Shown in pieces: positions 38,444 through 49,467 of a stretch of DNA of 59,213 bases. The position numbers were made by a program, and so were the translations under genes. Position 1 is the first letter of the stretch; every line of letters begins with the position of its first letter. The stretch covers positions 1-59,213 of the IMG/VR virus record IMGVR_UViG_3300033145_001323, one strand, 5' to 3'. Source of the stretch: a virus (Duplodnaviria; Caudoviricetes). The notes beneath the pieces are model-generated. The model searched no databases. It was not told where the DNA came from and saw only the letters and a program-made list of their open reading frames with translations.

Positions 38444-38974
38444 ATGAGCGCACTTAGTGCTAACTTAGACACTAAGAGAAAAGATGGAGAAATTATTAGT
38501 TATCCTGTAAAGGCCAGTACTACTATTTACAAAGGTGCTTTAGTTGTAGATTTAGGAACTGGGTATGCTTCAGTAGGAGCTGATACAGATAACTGTGTTT
38601 TTCTCGGCGTTGCGGTAGAAAAAGTGGTTAATAGTGGTAATGATGGAGATGAAAGTATCCGACTTTATAAAACTGGAAGCTTTCTGTATTCAAAAACATC
38701 AGCAGTCCAAACTGATATTACAAGTCCTATGTATATCTCAGATGATCAGACTGTTAGTACTGCTACTAGTCACTTGATTCTTGTTGGTCCTTGCGTAGAT
38801 GTGCCTGATAGTTCTCACGTTAGAGTTAGAATTGATCCAGATGCATTTAGAACAGCATCAGTGGTAGCATCTTTCAGTCCATCAGTATCACCATCCGTTA
38901 GCCCGTCGGTATCACCATCTGTGAGCCCGTCGGTATCACCATCTATAAGCCCATCTGTTAGTCCATCAACATAA
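38444..38974 (+). CDS. capsid decoration/cement protein (DUF2190-like) with Ser-Pro-Ser-x tail
   Basis: Lies between protease and MCP; YPVKASTTIYKGALV..FLGVA..YISDDQTV; C-terminal (SPSV)n. Confidence 0.7.
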   Translation: MSALSANLDTKRKDGEIISYPVKASTTIYKGALVVDLGTGYASVGADTDNCVFLGVAVEKVVNSGNDGDESIRLYKTGSFLYSKTSAVQTDITSPMYISDDQTVSTATSHLILVGPCVDVPDSSHVRVRIDPDAFRTASVVASFSPSVSPSVSPSVSPSVSPSVSPSISPSVSPST

Positions 38975-39915
38975 TGATTACTAGAGGCGATATACCTAAA
39001 TTATTAACAGCTGGAATGAGAACAGAGTTTATGGGTGCATACGAGAAAGCAACTTCGGACTATGATAGAATTACGACTACATTAGATTCTAAAAAGTCTG
39101 AGGAAACATATCCATTTCTTGGGGCTGTTCCTAAGATGAAAGAATGGAAGGATGAAAGAACAGAGGAAGATTTGACCGAATACTACTTTAGTGTGTCAAA
39201 CTATAGCTGGGAAAGTACAATCTCAGTTGATAGGGATGCGATTGAAGATGACCAGTATGGACAAGTCAAAATCCGTGTCAGAGAATTGGCTGTTGAAGCC
39301 AAAAGATTCTTTGATGAATTGGTTTTTGGTTTAATCCTACAGGGCGAAAATACAACTGGTAGTTCTGGTTCTCTTTTTGAGAACAAGACTGTTAGTTGCT
39401 ATGACGCTAAAGCTTTTTACGCAACCAATCACAGTGAAGGAGATTCTGGAACACAATCTAACCTCGGAAGTTCTGCTTTGAGCGCGACCGCTCTGCAGAC
39501 AGCAATCACAGCAATGGTAAACTTCAAGGATGACAAAGGAAAACCATCTCACGTTAGACCTAATGTATTAGTTGTTGCTCCTGGCAATGAATGGGAAGCT
39601 AAGGAACTCTTAAAGTCCACTTACTACCCAGAAGAAGGAACAACTACTACCAAATTAGCAACAAACGTATTAAAAGGTTCTCTCGATTTAGTCATCAGTC
39701 CATACTTGACAGATGCAGACGCCTGGTATCTTTTTGATACTACACATGTAATGCGACCACTCATTCTTCAAATGAGAAGGGCACCTGAATTCAAAAGCCT
39801 AATTGGTGATACCGAATCAGCCTTCTTAAGGAAGAAATGGTATTATGGTTGCGACTGGCGAGGATTTGTTGCTTGGGGTAACTGGCGACTTGGATACGCA
39901 TCCACTCCCGCTTAA
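38974..39915 (+). CDS. major capsid protein (Mu gpT-like)
   Basis: YPFLGAVPKMKEW, ESTISVDRDAIEDDQYG, WYLFD..PLILQMR. Confidence 0.9.
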   Translation: MITRGDIPKLLTAGMRTEFMGAYEKATSDYDRITTTLDSKKSEETYPFLGAVPKMKEWKDERTEEDLTEYYFSVSNYSWESTISVDRDAIEDDQYGQVKIRVRELAVEAKRFFDELVFGLILQGENTTGSSGSLFENKTVSCYDAKAFYATNHSEGDSGTQSNLGSSALSATALQTAITAMVNFKDDKGKPSHVRPNVLVVAPGNEWEAKELLKSTYYPEEGTTTTKLATNVLKGSLDLVISPYLTDADAWYLFDTTHVMRPLILQMRRAPEFKSLIGDTESAFLRKKWYYGCDWRGFVAWGNWRLGYASTPA

Positions 39916-39946
39916 TCTCTTAGTTAGTTAATAGTTATAAATAATC

Positions 39947-40018
39947 CTTGAGTCATCTTATAGCATGCTAACCTATTTCTTATTATGGGTTGTGCTATAA
40001 GATTGGAGAGACCTCAAG
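39947..40018 (+). terminator. long hairpin after the MCP gene (terminator or processing site)
   Basis: CTTGAG..ATCTTATAGCA / TGCTATAAGAT..CTCAAG. Confidence 0.5.
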
Positions 40019-40028
40019 ATTTTGGTCT

Positions 40029-40685
40029 ATGAAAAAAATAATAAAAGAGAGAATAAAAACAAAATTAGCAATAGGGATACCAACATTAGGAACAGTAGAT
40101 TATAGATTCGCAAGTTCTTTAATGACATTAGGAATTCCAGAAAACACAAAAGTGGTTTGGTTGCCACGAGTAATGATAGATTTTGCTCGTAATCAAATTG
40201 TTAGGAAGGTGATAGAAGACCCTGATTATGAGTATGAAAGTGTATTATTTCTAGATGATGATATGACAATCCCACCAGATGTTTATTTTAGATTAAATGA
40301 ACATAATAAGGATATAGTCGGTGTTTTAGCATTTAAACGTAGAGGCGATTTTGCACCATGTGTATATACAAAAAAAGATGAACAGTTTTTTCCGATTATT
40401 CCTAAAGAATTTTGTGAAGTGAATGCGATAGGGTCATCGGTTTTACTTATTAAAACTGAAGTTTTTAAAAAAATAAAATACCCTTGGTTTGAAACTTTTT
40501 TCGATAAAGAAGGAAAACATTGGTCTGTTGATATGGATTTTTCCAAGAAGGCTGAAAAAGCTGGGCTCAAAATACATTGTGACCCGAGTATAGAAATCGG
40601 ACATATCGGTGACCCACCAATTATTACTCATCAAGACTTTTTTAAACAAATTAAATTAATGAAAGGAGAGAATAAAAATGATTAG
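40029..40685 (+). CDS. GT-A fold glycosyltransferase
   Basis: ARNQIV..LFLDDDM..SVDMDFS..IGHIG; start moved to ATG 40029. Confidence 0.8.
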   Translation: MKKIIKERIKTKLAIGIPTLGTVDYRFASSLMTLGIPENTKVVWLPRVMIDFARNQIVRKVIEDPDYEYESVLFLDDDMTIPPDVYFRLNEHNKDIVGVLAFKRRGDFAPCVYTKKDEQFFPIIPKEFCEVNAIGSSVLLIKTEVFKKIKYPWFETFFDKEGKHWSVDMDFSKKAEKAGLKIHCDPSIEIGHIGDPPIITHQDFFKQIKLMKGENKND

Positions 40686-40944
40686 TATAGAAAAAACATC
40701 ATCGGGACTTATAGTTAGTGGCAATACAAGAATGGTTGCTATAATACTTACAGCTGGTTCAGATGCTGCTACTGTGGTAGTAGATGATAGCACGGATGGT
40801 AGTGGAAGTGTTTTAGCTACTTTAAAAACAGTAGCTAATACAAGTAGACCCTTTACGATTGGACATCCTGGAATTAAAGCATCAGATGGATTGTATGTGA
40901 CAATAACAGGTACAGACCCTAAGGTCTATGTTGTTTATAGGTAA
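40678..40944 (+). CDS. small, probably beta-rich virion protein
   Basis: 88 aa; DGLYVTITG; follows the capsid genes. Confidence 0.5.
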   Translation: MISIEKTSSGLIVSGNTRMVAIILTAGSDAATVVVDDSTDGSGSVLATLKTVANTSRPFTIGHPGIKASDGLYVTITGTDPKVYVVYR

Positions 40945-41075
40945 AACATTTTATTAAAAATAAAGGAGAGACTATGAAAAAAGCTATTAAATATAAAATT
41001 AATAGTCATTATTACACTATTAAGTCGAGTGCACATTGGTGCACAGATTTTCAATCAAATATAGACCAAAATATA

Positions 41076-41121
41076 GCCCTGACCATCTTGTAAATTATAT
41101 GGTGTGTGGGGCTTTTTATTT
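41076..41121 (+). terminator. intrinsic terminator candidate
   Basis: AGCCC..GGGCT followed by a T-tract. Confidence 0.5.
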
Positions 41122-41325
41122 GACTTATTTAAAAAAGAAAAATTGACCTTTTAGGGGAATATGTAAGAATAGTATTATCAATGATAATGAAATTTTTAAA
41201 AGTCAGTTAAAGACATTATATATTTACTTTTGGTTATTTATAGAAGAAAGTCTCTCCTAACTTTTGTAAATATTTCAAAAGAATTAATAAATATATAGAG
41301 TCCTAGAGACCATTTTTTAATTATT

Positions 41326-42201
41326 ATGAAATTATCAGTTATTATACCATCATATCGCGACCCACTCTTACAAAAAACTATCGATTCAATCCTCGAAAAT
41401 TCTGAGGGAGATATTGAAGTCATACCTGTTTTAGATGGTTATCGACAAGATATTAAAAAAAACCCCAGAGTTAATGTTATTCAGTATGATAATAATAAAG
41501 GAACTCGAGGAGCTATTAATGCTGGATTAGAAGTGGCTAAAGGAGATTTTGTAGCTAAAATTGATTCTCATTGTATAGTTGCACAGGGTTTTGATAAAAT
41601 TATGTGTGATAATTGTGCTGAAGATTGGCTATTAGTTCCTAGACGTTATTCATTAGATGAAATAAATTGGAAAAGAGATGATAAAAGACCAATATGTGAT
41701 TATCATTTTCTCAATTTTCCAGTAGATTCAGAATATGGTTATGGTATGTTTGCTCAACCTGACTTTAATAAAACACATCACTATAGACACTTAATGATAG
41801 ATGATACAATGAGTATGCAAGCTAGTTGTTGGTTGGCTAATAAAAAGTATTTTATGGAGCATATTGGATTTTTAGATAATAGAAAGGAAAGATATGGATG
41901 TTATGGAGGAGAATATATAGAAATAGGATTAAAATATTGGTTAGGAGGAGGGGTAATGAAGGTTAATAAAAAAACATGGTATGCACACCTTTCGAAACGC
42001 CAACATCATTACGATAAAGAGATATATACTCGATCATATAAACAAATAACTACTGTAAATCGTAATTGGTCAACAAAACATTGGATTAATAATGAAGAAC
42101 CTAATATGAAGTATAAGTTCGAATGGTTTATCGAAAAATTTTGGCCAATACCTACGTGGGAAGATAATTGGCAGGAAATTTGGAATAGTTATAATTTATA
42201 A
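41326..42201 (+). CDS. glycosyltransferase family 2
   Basis: LSVIIPSY..GTRGAINAG..KIDSH. Confidence 0.85.
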   Translation: MKLSVIIPSYRDPLLQKTIDSILENSEGDIEVIPVLDGYRQDIKKNPRVNVIQYDNNKGTRGAINAGLEVAKGDFVAKIDSHCIVAQGFDKIMCDNCAEDWLLVPRRYSLDEINWKRDDKRPICDYHFLNFPVDSEYGYGMFAQPDFNKTHHYRHLMIDDTMSMQASCWLANKKYFMEHIGFLDNRKERYGCYGGEYIEIGLKYWLGGGVMKVNKKTWYAHLSKRQHHYDKEIYTRSYKQITTVNRNWSTKHWINNEEPNMKYKFEWFIEKFWPIPTWEDNWQEIWNSYNL

Positions 42202-42205
42202 TATT

Positions 42206-43018
42206 ATGGATATAAAATTAAGTGTTATACTTCCTTCTTATAAGGATCCTATGCTTCACAAAACAATAGACGATTTATTAAAAAATTCAGAACTTGGAAA
42301 TAAATTAGAAATTATTCCAGTTTTGGATGGTTATTGGCCGACAAAACCAATTAAGAATGATCCAAGAATTAAGATAGTTCATTTAGGAGGAAATAGAGGA
42401 ATGAGAGGAGCAATTAATGCTGGAGTAACTGTTTCGAATGGAGAGTTTTTTATGAGATTAGACGAACATTGTTCTTTTGGAAAGGGATATGACAGAATTT
42501 TAACTGAGTCATGTAAACCTAATCAAATTATGACAGCTAGACGGTATTTCCTAGATCCTGTTAAATGGGAAAAAATAGACATGCCATATATTGATTATGA
42601 AAAACTTGTAATCCAAGATTGTGGAAATGGTGTTAAGAAGTTTGCTGGACAGCGATGGAGAAGCCGAGATAAGGAACGTAAAGATATTATGGTTGATGAA
42701 ACTACTGCTATGCAGGGGAGTATGTGGATAATGCCGAGGAAGTGGTGGGATGATATTATAGGTGGTGAATTACAAACAGAAGGTTATGGACCGACATATC
42801 AAGATTCTGTTGAAGTTACTATGAAAACATGGCAGGCTGGCGGAAAATTAATGCTTAACAAAAATACATGGTTTGCTCATAAACATCGCAGTTTTTCAAG
42901 AACTCATCAAGAGGGTAGTCCAGAGAATCCATCAAATAGAGAAAATAGCTGGAAACATTCATTAGAAGTGTGGGGGGATTATTATCAAAAAGAAATAAAG
43001 CCAAAATGGAAAATATGA
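42206..43018 (+). CDS. glycosyltransferase family 2 (paralog of the preceding gene)
   Basis: LSVILPSY..GMRGAINAG..RLDEH. Confidence 0.85.
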   Translation: MDIKLSVILPSYKDPMLHKTIDDLLKNSELGNKLEIIPVLDGYWPTKPIKNDPRIKIVHLGGNRGMRGAINAGVTVSNGEFFMRLDEHCSFGKGYDRILTESCKPNQIMTARRYFLDPVKWEKIDMPYIDYEKLVIQDCGNGVKKFAGQRWRSRDKERKDIMVDETTAMQGSMWIMPRKWWDDIIGGELQTEGYGPTYQDSVEVTMKTWQAGGKLMLNKNTWFAHKHRSFSRTHQEGSPENPSNRENSWKHSLEVWGDYYQKEIKPKWKI

Positions 43019-43176
43019 AAGAAAAAAAACATACAATTTGTGAAATTTGTGGAAAAGAAATAATTGGTGAAATAACATATTTTGAAGATGGTATGAGAAT
43101 ACATTCAAAAGACGAAAATCCAGAATGTATTGAAGAGGCTGCAAGACAAGATGTAGAAATGTATCCAAGTAAATAA
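43015..43176 (+). CDS. small Zn-binding protein
   Basis: CEIC..H..C; ATG at 43015. Confidence 0.45.
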   Translation: MKEKKHTICEICGKEIIGEITYFEDGMRIHSKDENPECIEEAARQDVEMYPSK

Positions 43177-43177
43177 A

Positions 43178-43852
43178 ATGACCGATTTAACAATTATTTT
43201 CCTTACAATAAATAAAGTTCCTAAAAAATGGGCAGAGTACCAAAAAAAAGTTTTATTGGAAGCAATTGAAGATACGCCTGTTATTACGATTTCAAAGAAA
43301 CCATTAGATTGGGGAACTAATTTAATACAAGATAAGCCAATAAGTTCTTCTAATGTTTATTGGCAAATGTTACAAGGAGCTAAAATGGCTAAAACACCTT
43401 ATATTGCTATAGCCGAAGATGATACTCTATATCCAAAAGAACATTTTAAATTTAGACCAAAACTAGATGAATTTGCTTATAATATGAGTCATTGGGGATT
43501 ATTTACTTGGGGAAAGCCAACATATTTCTGGGGATATAGGATAGTTAATAGTACTTTAATTGCTCCGAGAGATTTATTAATTAAAGCATTAGAAGAAAGA
43601 TTTGATAAGTACCCTAAAGGAACATCAGATGGAAGAACTGGTGAGTTAGGTCGGTATGGTATTGAATCAAAATTAAGATTACCTCACTATAAATGTAAAG
43701 TTTTTCATTCTATTGTTGCAGTTGTTAGTTTCCAACATGATTATTCTCTTGACCATTTACAAAGAAGTCATCGTAAAAAAATGGCTCCAATAAGAGCTTA
43801 TGATATTCCGCATTGGGGCCGAGCAGAGGAACTTGTAAAATATTTTATATGA
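43178..43852 (+). CDS. putative GT-A glycosyltransferase
   Basis: AKTPYIAIAEDDTLYP. Confidence 0.65.
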   Translation: MTDLTIIFLTINKVPKKWAEYQKKVLLEAIEDTPVITISKKPLDWGTNLIQDKPISSSNVYWQMLQGAKMAKTPYIAIAEDDTLYPKEHFKFRPKLDEFAYNMSHWGLFTWGKPTYFWGYRIVNSTLIAPRDLLIKALEERFDKYPKGTSDGRTGELGRYGIESKLRLPHYKCKVFHSIVAVVSFQHDYSLDHLQRSHRKKMAPIRAYDIPHWGRAEELVKYFI

Positions 43853-44451
43853 ATATAATTACTTATACATCTATTACTAATAAAAAAGATGTGATTAGGC
43901 AAGATATAAAAGTTTTTTCAAAATATGACAAGTTCAAAAGTCCAGTACTCAATGCTAAAATCTACAAAATATTACCTCATAAATTCTTAGATTGTGATAT
44001 TAGTATTTGGGTAGATGGAAATATTTATTTAGTAAAAACCCCAGAAGAAGTAGTTAAGGATTGGTTAGGTGATAATGATATGGCATTTTTCAGACATTAT
44101 AAGAGTAAAAATCTTGATTGGGAATTAAAGTGGATAAAATATGTTTGGCGTAGTAGGGATAGAAAGGTCTATGAAGAAGCCATTAAACAAGTCGAACATT
44201 ATGAAAAAATTGGACTACCAAAAAAAGAAGATATGGCAATGGGAGGAGTTATTATTAGAAAACATAGTCCATTAGTAGAAAAATTTAATGAAGCGTGGTG
44301 GTCAGAAATATGTCGATGGGGACAGCGAGATCAATTAAGTCTACCAATGATATTAAAACAATTTCCTGAATTAAAAATTAATCGTATTAATGAAAATATC
44401 AAAACCACTCCGAATTTACGATATGAAACACATAATCATTTTAATACATGA
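43849..44451 (+). CDS. DUF616-like putative glycosyltransferase
   Basis: YTSIT..KILPHKFL..SIWVDGN..RDQLS; start ATG 43849. Confidence 0.7.
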   Translation: MNIITYTSITNKKDVIRQDIKVFSKYDKFKSPVLNAKIYKILPHKFLDCDISIWVDGNIYLVKTPEEVVKDWLGDNDMAFFRHYKSKNLDWELKWIKYVWRSRDRKVYEEAIKQVEHYEKIGLPKKEDMAMGGVIIRKHSPLVEKFNEAWWSEICRWGQRDQLSLPMILKQFPELKINRINENIKTTPNLRYETHNHFNT

Positions 44452-45269
44452 GAATTCTCCTAATACATGCAGATAGATATCCATGGGCAACAACTCATAG
44501 AGCAGAAGCATTTAAAAAAGAATGGAAAGAAGATGAAGTTGATATTGCTTATATCAAAAGCTTACCAGATGGTGATAAGTATAATGTTATTCATGTTTTA
44601 TTTGGATGTGGAATAAGCAAGATAAAGGATTATATTCTGAAATATAAACATAAGACATTTACTTCACTTGCTTCTCGAAGAACATTAGAGTCAATGCTTG
44701 ATAAAAGAGAAGATTTAATAGAAATTTACCAGAAGTCAGTTTGTTGTGTTGCACAAAATCCGCTTTTAGCAAGTCAGTTAAAATCGTTGATCCAACAAGA
44801 TAATGTTGTTTATATTCCTAATGGAGTAGATATAGAACTTTTTAACAGACCATTCATAGTTGGATATGTTGGAGAAGGACATTCTATCAATCGAAAACGC
44901 AAGGGTTACCATATAGTAAAAGAAGTATGTGAAAATTTAGGACTTGATCTTAAAACTGCTAATGATTTGCCCTATGAAAAAATACCTGAATTTTATAGGC
45001 AAATAGATTGTTTGGTAATTTTAAGCGATGATGAGGGCTGTAATAATCCAACTTTAGAAGCATTAGCCATGAATAAGCCAGTAATATCAACCAATGCTGG
45101 AATTGCTGAAGAATTAGAAGGAGTTATCTTAGTTGATAGAAATGTTGAAAGTGTTATAATGGCATTAAGGAAATTAAGTGGAAGAATTCATATTTTAGAG
45201 AAATATACTTGGAAAATTATATCACAGAAATATAAGCAAATATATGTGGAAAAACTCGGAATTAAATAA
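44448..45269 (+). CDS. GT4 (GT-B) glycosyltransferase
   Basis: IPNGVD..RKG..EGCNNPTLEALAMNKPVIST. Confidence 0.85.
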   Translation: MRILLIHADRYPWATTHRAEAFKKEWKEDEVDIAYIKSLPDGDKYNVIHVLFGCGISKIKDYILKYKHKTFTSLASRRTLESMLDKREDLIEIYQKSVCCVAQNPLLASQLKSLIQQDNVVYIPNGVDIELFNRPFIVGYVGEGHSINRKRKGYHIVKEVCENLGLDLKTANDLPYEKIPEFYRQIDCLVILSDDEGCNNPTLEALAMNKPVISTNAGIAEELEGVILVDRNVESVIMALRKLSGRIHILEKYTWKIISQKYKQIYVEKLGIK

Positions 45270-46005
45270 ATTTTATAATCATAAGTTTGATTTTGATAAT
45301 CAATATAAAGATAATTATAATGATTGGTTGAAAGCATTTGAAAAGTCTATTAAGAAACATGCAATAGATAATTGTTTTATAGGATTATCTTCTGGTTATG
45401 ATAGCGGGGTATTAAATAAAGAACTTTTAAAACAAGAAGTAGATTTTAAAGCATATGCTGTTTTTAATAATGAGAATAAAGAAGTGTTGAATAAAAGATT
45501 AAGTTATATTCTTAATTATCAAATAATCACAATGAATAGAATTTTGTGGCAAAAGTATTATGATTTTTTAAAAGGCAAAATAAATGATAAAGCAATAAAA
45601 GACAAAGCATCTATGGGCATAGCTTGTATATTTGAAATAGCTAAAGATGAAGGTAGAACAGTTTTTTTATCAGGGCAAGGAGCCGATGAAATTTATAGCG
45701 ATTATTCGCTTTTTCCTAGGCAAAGTACATTCAAGGGAATATATCCAGATAAATTATATGAGTGGCCGAATTTTCGCGGATATATGCAATTAGAATATCT
45801 TAATGGATTAGAAGATATAGCGAAAGTTTATGATATTGAAATTTGTTATCCATTTTTAGATGTAGATTTAATACAAGAATTTCTTTGGTTGAAAGTAGAA
45901 CTTAAAAATAAAAATTATAAAGCTCCTCTTTATCAGTATTTAACTAGGAATAAAATCCCTTTTGATGAAAATATTAAAAAGGGATTTCGTCCTGTTACTA
46001 CTTAA
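45244..46005 (+). CDS. asparagine synthetase-like ATP-dependent amide ligase (synthetase domain only)
   Basis: LSSGYDS, FLSGQGADE, YPFLD. Confidence 0.75.
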   Translation: MWKNSELNKFYNHKFDFDNQYKDNYNDWLKAFEKSIKKHAIDNCFIGLSSGYDSGVLNKELLKQEVDFKAYAVFNNENKEVLNKRLSYILNYQIITMNRILWQKYYDFLKGKINDKAIKDKASMGIACIFEIAKDEGRTVFLSGQGADEIYSDYSLFPRQSTFKGIYPDKLYEWPNFRGYMQLEYLNGLEDIAKVYDIEICYPFLDVDLIQEFLWLKVELKNKNYKAPLYQYLTRNKIPFDENIKKGFRPVTT

Positions 46006-46009
46006 AATT

Positions 46010-46585
46010 ATGACAAAATTATGTAAATTAGCATATAAATATGGCACTGATAAATGTCCTCAAATATCTCATCCATATACACCCTTTTATTATGAATTAT
46101 TTAAGGATAAAAGAAATTCTATAAAAAAGGTTATTGAGGTTGGAATTGGTTCTAGAAGCACTATGCACTATCATCAAACCCATTATGTAACTGGTGCAAG
46201 TTTATATATGTGGCGTGACTTCTTTCCAAATGCTCAAATTTATGGAGTAGATATTCTTCCAGAAACAATGCTTGAAAGTGAACGAATAGAAACTTTTCTA
46301 TATGACCAAACAAAAAAAGAAGACTTAGAAAAGTTAATTGAAAAGACAGGTTCAGATATTGATATTTTTGTGGATGATGGATTACATTCTATGACTACTC
46401 AGGTAAATCTTTGTGAGGCTATAATGCCTATGCTTAAAAAAGATGTTATTTATATTATTGAAGATGTAATGTGGCCTAATAGAATTATTAGGGTGTTAAC
46501 TCAATATGATTGCTTCTCACCAGTTTTTCATGGGGCACAGCGTAAGGAGAATGTAATTATTATTAAAAACAAAGAAATAGACTAA
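46010..46585 (+). CDS. class I SAM-dependent methyltransferase, probably a sugar O-methyltransferase
   Basis: YGTDK..EVGIG..GASLYMWRDFFPNA..DDGLH..YIIED. Confidence 0.8.
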   Translation: MTKLCKLAYKYGTDKCPQISHPYTPFYYELFKDKRNSIKKVIEVGIGSRSTMHYHQTHYVTGASLYMWRDFFPNAQIYGVDILPETMLESERIETFLYDQTKKEDLEKLIEKTGSDIDIFVDDGLHSMTTQVNLCEAIMPMLKKDVIYIIEDVMWPNRIIRVLTQYDCFSPVFHGAQRKENVIIIKNKEID

Positions 46586-46596
46586 ATATCAAAGAT

Positions 46597-47340
46597 ATGA
46601 AAAATCTTTTAATCTATATAAATGATAGAAAATGGTTCAATAAAGAGAACGAAATTTTTTTTAAGATTCAGATTGATAATAGTTTGGAGTTAGGCTGGAA
46701 ACCTAAGGATATAGTATTTATTGCCAATTTTGATTATGAATATAATGGAGTTAAATCATTATTAGTTCCTGATAATATATGTTGTGAAGGATGGGAAAAG
46801 TCAACAAAGACTATGGCAACTATATATTTATTCGATAATAATCTTATCCATGACGATATATATTGGTGTCATGATTTAGATGCTTGGCAACTAGAACCTA
46901 TTTCGGAGGAAGAATTAGATTTAAACAAAGATGTCGGTTTTTGTGATTATGGTAGAAAGCCAATGTGGCAATTAGGAAGTTATTTTTTTAAAAATACAGC
47001 TGGAGATATTTTTAGGGATATTGCTAATAGAGTAAAGCCAGGTTATGACTTATCTGGTCATGAATACAATGATGAATATGCTTTATTAAGTTTGACCTAT
47101 AATAATATTAATGGTATTAATAATAGAATAAAACGCATGAATATTACTTATGATTTTGGAATGAGGAAAATTGAACTTTGTTATCAAAAAGCCAATAAAC
47201 CCTTAAAAGTATTACATTTTTATCCTTATCTTAAATCAATGAATACACTTAAAATTGCAATGTATGGTAAGAATAGGATAAATAAACCATTAATGAATGA
47301 GAGATTAATTAAGATATTTAAAAAATATGGCATTAAGTAA
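46597..47340 (+). CDS. putative glycosyltransferase-like protein
   Basis: DxD (HDLDAW); paralog of 48021-48803. Confidence 0.55.
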   Translation: MKNLLIYINDRKWFNKENEIFFKIQIDNSLELGWKPKDIVFIANFDYEYNGVKSLLVPDNICCEGWEKSTKTMATIYLFDNNLIHDDIYWCHDLDAWQLEPISEEELDLNKDVGFCDYGRKPMWQLGSYFFKNTAGDIFRDIANRVKPGYDLSGHEYNDEYALLSLTYNNINGINNRIKRMNITYDFGMRKIELCYQKANKPLKVLHFYPYLKSMNTLKIAMYGKNRINKPLMNERLIKIFKKYGIK

Positions 47341-48019
47341 ATTAGTTAGTATTATATATTGTACTAGCAATCAGGAAGCTTTAGAATTTGAACAACGAAT
47401 TAAGGATAATATTTTAAAGGTTTGTGGAAATCTTCCAATTATTAGCGTATCTCAGAAACCTATAGATTTTGGCAAGAATATTTGTGTAGGTGATGATGTG
47501 GGTGTTTCAGGATTCAATTTTTTCCGCCAAGTCCAAATAGCCTGTGAAACAGCAAAAACAAAATTCGTAGTATCAGCCGAAGCAGATTGTTTATATCCTA
47601 AAGATTATTTTGAATTTATTCCACCGACAGATGATAAATGTTATAGAAATAGCAATTTGTACGTTATGGCTCATAAACGACCCATCTTTTGGAAGAAAGA
47701 AGAAGGAGCAACACATGCTCAAATAATTAGTAGAGAGTATTATTTAAAAAGATTAAATAAATTATTTAAAGGAGCACCCCAATGGTGTGCTGAAGAAAAG
47801 AATTTTCCAAGAGAAAGGCATAGAAAAGTAGATGTATTTGAGCCTAATGAAATTATACATTATCAAACTAAAAACCCTGTAGTTCAGATTAAAACAAGTA
47901 GTTCGATGAGGCACTATACTTGTAGTGACAGAAAAGATAGATATAATATTCCATACTGGGGGGGTAGTATAAAATTTAGAGAAAAATATTACGATATAAA
48001 AAAGGGAAGAAAACATTAA
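47327..48019 (+). CDS. putative GT-A glycosyltransferase
   Basis: AKTKFVVSAEADCLYP; related to the 43178 and 50752 genes. Confidence 0.6.
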   Translation: MALSKLVSIIYCTSNQEALEFEQRIKDNILKVCGNLPIISVSQKPIDFGKNICVGDDVGVSGFNFFRQVQIACETAKTKFVVSAEADCLYPKDYFEFIPPTDDKCYRNSNLYVMAHKRPIFWKKEEGATHAQIISREYYLKRLNKLFKGAPQWCAEEKNFPRERHRKVDVFEPNEIIHYQTKNPVVQIKTSSSMRHYTCSDRKDRYNIPYWGGSIKFREKYYDIKKGRKH

Positions 48020-48020
48020 T

Positions 48021-48803
48021 ATGAAAAACTTATTACTTTGGATACATCCTAAAAAGACATTTTGGGACAAATATGAACGAAATCTACCCGCTTTGGTAAA
48101 GATTCAAATTGACAATAGTTTGGATTTGGGTTGGAAAAGAGAAGACATAGTGTTAGTAACTAATTTCCCATATGAATATAATGGTATTAAAGCAAGAGTT
48201 ATAGAGGATTCTTATTATTGTGAACATTGGGGTAAGTCTAGTAAGATTCCCGTAATAATCAAACTTTTAAAAGATGGCACGGTTAAGCCAGGAGAATTGT
48301 GGTGGTTTCATGACTTTGACGCTTTTCAAGTTCACCCCATAACAGAAGAGGAGCTTGAATTGGGTTATGCAGTAGTCGGTTTTACAGACTATGGATGGTT
48401 TAAAAAATGGAATACAGGAAGTATATTTTTTAAAAAGAATTCAATTAAAGTATTTGAATGGTTAAGAAATGAACTTCAGAAACTTCAGATTGATGAAGAA
48501 AGAGCATTGGAATCTTTGACAAAAAGAAATTATCAATATATTAATAGTTATTATAAAAGATTAAATATAACCTATAACTTCCCATGTGGTTTAAATGGAC
48601 AAAGAAGATTACATATTACTGAGCCAATGGCAACAAAACCAATTAAGATACTGCATTTTCATCCAGAATATTCATATTCTTATAATAAAATTAATCTTTT
48701 GAATGGTATATGTGGTGATAATGAGTTAAAAATTAATTTTGTGGGGGATCGGTTACTTAAAATATTTAAGAAACATTTACCTCATTTATGTCCTAAAAAA
48801 TAA
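48021..48803 (+). CDS. putative glycosyltransferase-like protein
   Basis: KIQIDNSLDLGW, HDFDAF, WNTGSIFF..DERAL. Confidence 0.55.
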   Translation: MKNLLLWIHPKKTFWDKYERNLPALVKIQIDNSLDLGWKREDIVLVTNFPYEYNGIKARVIEDSYYCEHWGKSSKIPVIIKLLKDGTVKPGELWWFHDFDAFQVHPITEEELELGYAVVGFTDYGWFKKWNTGSIFFKKNSIKVFEWLRNELQKLQIDEERALESLTKRNYQYINSYYKRLNITYNFPCGLNGQRRLHITEPMATKPIKILHFHPEYSYSYNKINLLNGICGDNELKINFVGDRLLKIFKKHLPHLCPKK

Positions 48804-48816
48804 ATATATTAGTAAT

Positions 48817-49461
48817 ATGAAATTAATTAACGCTATTAATAATGAAAAAGGAAGTCCATATTGGGTCCCAGATTGCACACGTGATGAATTACCTGAATTA
48901 TTTAAAGAACTCGGTTTTAAAATAGGAGCTGAAATAGGAGTTTCATTGGGACTTAATTTAGAATTATATTGTAAGGCTGGTTTTCAAATGTATGGAATTG
49001 ACCAGTGGGAAGATTATGAAGACGAAAAATATAGACCCATATCATGGTTAGCTAGAAGAGGAATAATAACTAAAACATTTGATGATGTATATAGAATGGC
49101 AAATGAAAGATTATCTAAATATTCTAATTGTACTTTAATTAAAAAAATGTCAATGGATGCTCTGGCTGACATTCCTGATTGTAGTCTAGATTTTGTTTAC
49201 ATAGATGGCAACCATATGTATGGATATGTTGCTATGGATCTAATGCAGTGGTCAAAAAAGATTAGAAAAGGTGGAATTATATCGGGGCATGATTATTATG
49301 ATATGAAAGGTGATAAATGTATTCGTCAAGTTGGACATGCAGTTGACGGATTTATTAAATCATTTAACATAGACAATTGGTATGTTTTAGGTCGTAAGCA
49401 TCCAAAAGAAGGAGAAAAAACAGAACGAATATTGAGCTTCATGCTCATTAAAAACTGGTAA
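48817..49461 (+). CDS. class I SAM-dependent methyltransferase
   Basis: GAEIGV..LDFVYIDGNH..GGIISGHDY. Confidence 0.85.
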   Translation: MKLINAINNEKGSPYWVPDCTRDELPELFKELGFKIGAEIGVSLGLNLELYCKAGFQMYGIDQWEDYEDEKYRPISWLARRGIITKTFDDVYRMANERLSKYSNCTLIKKMSMDALADIPDCSLDFVYIDGNHMYGYVAMDLMQWSKKIRKGGIISGHDYYDMKGDKCIRQVGHAVDGFIKSFNIDNWYVLGRKHPKEGEKTERILSFMLIKNW

Positions 49462-49467
49462 AAAAAT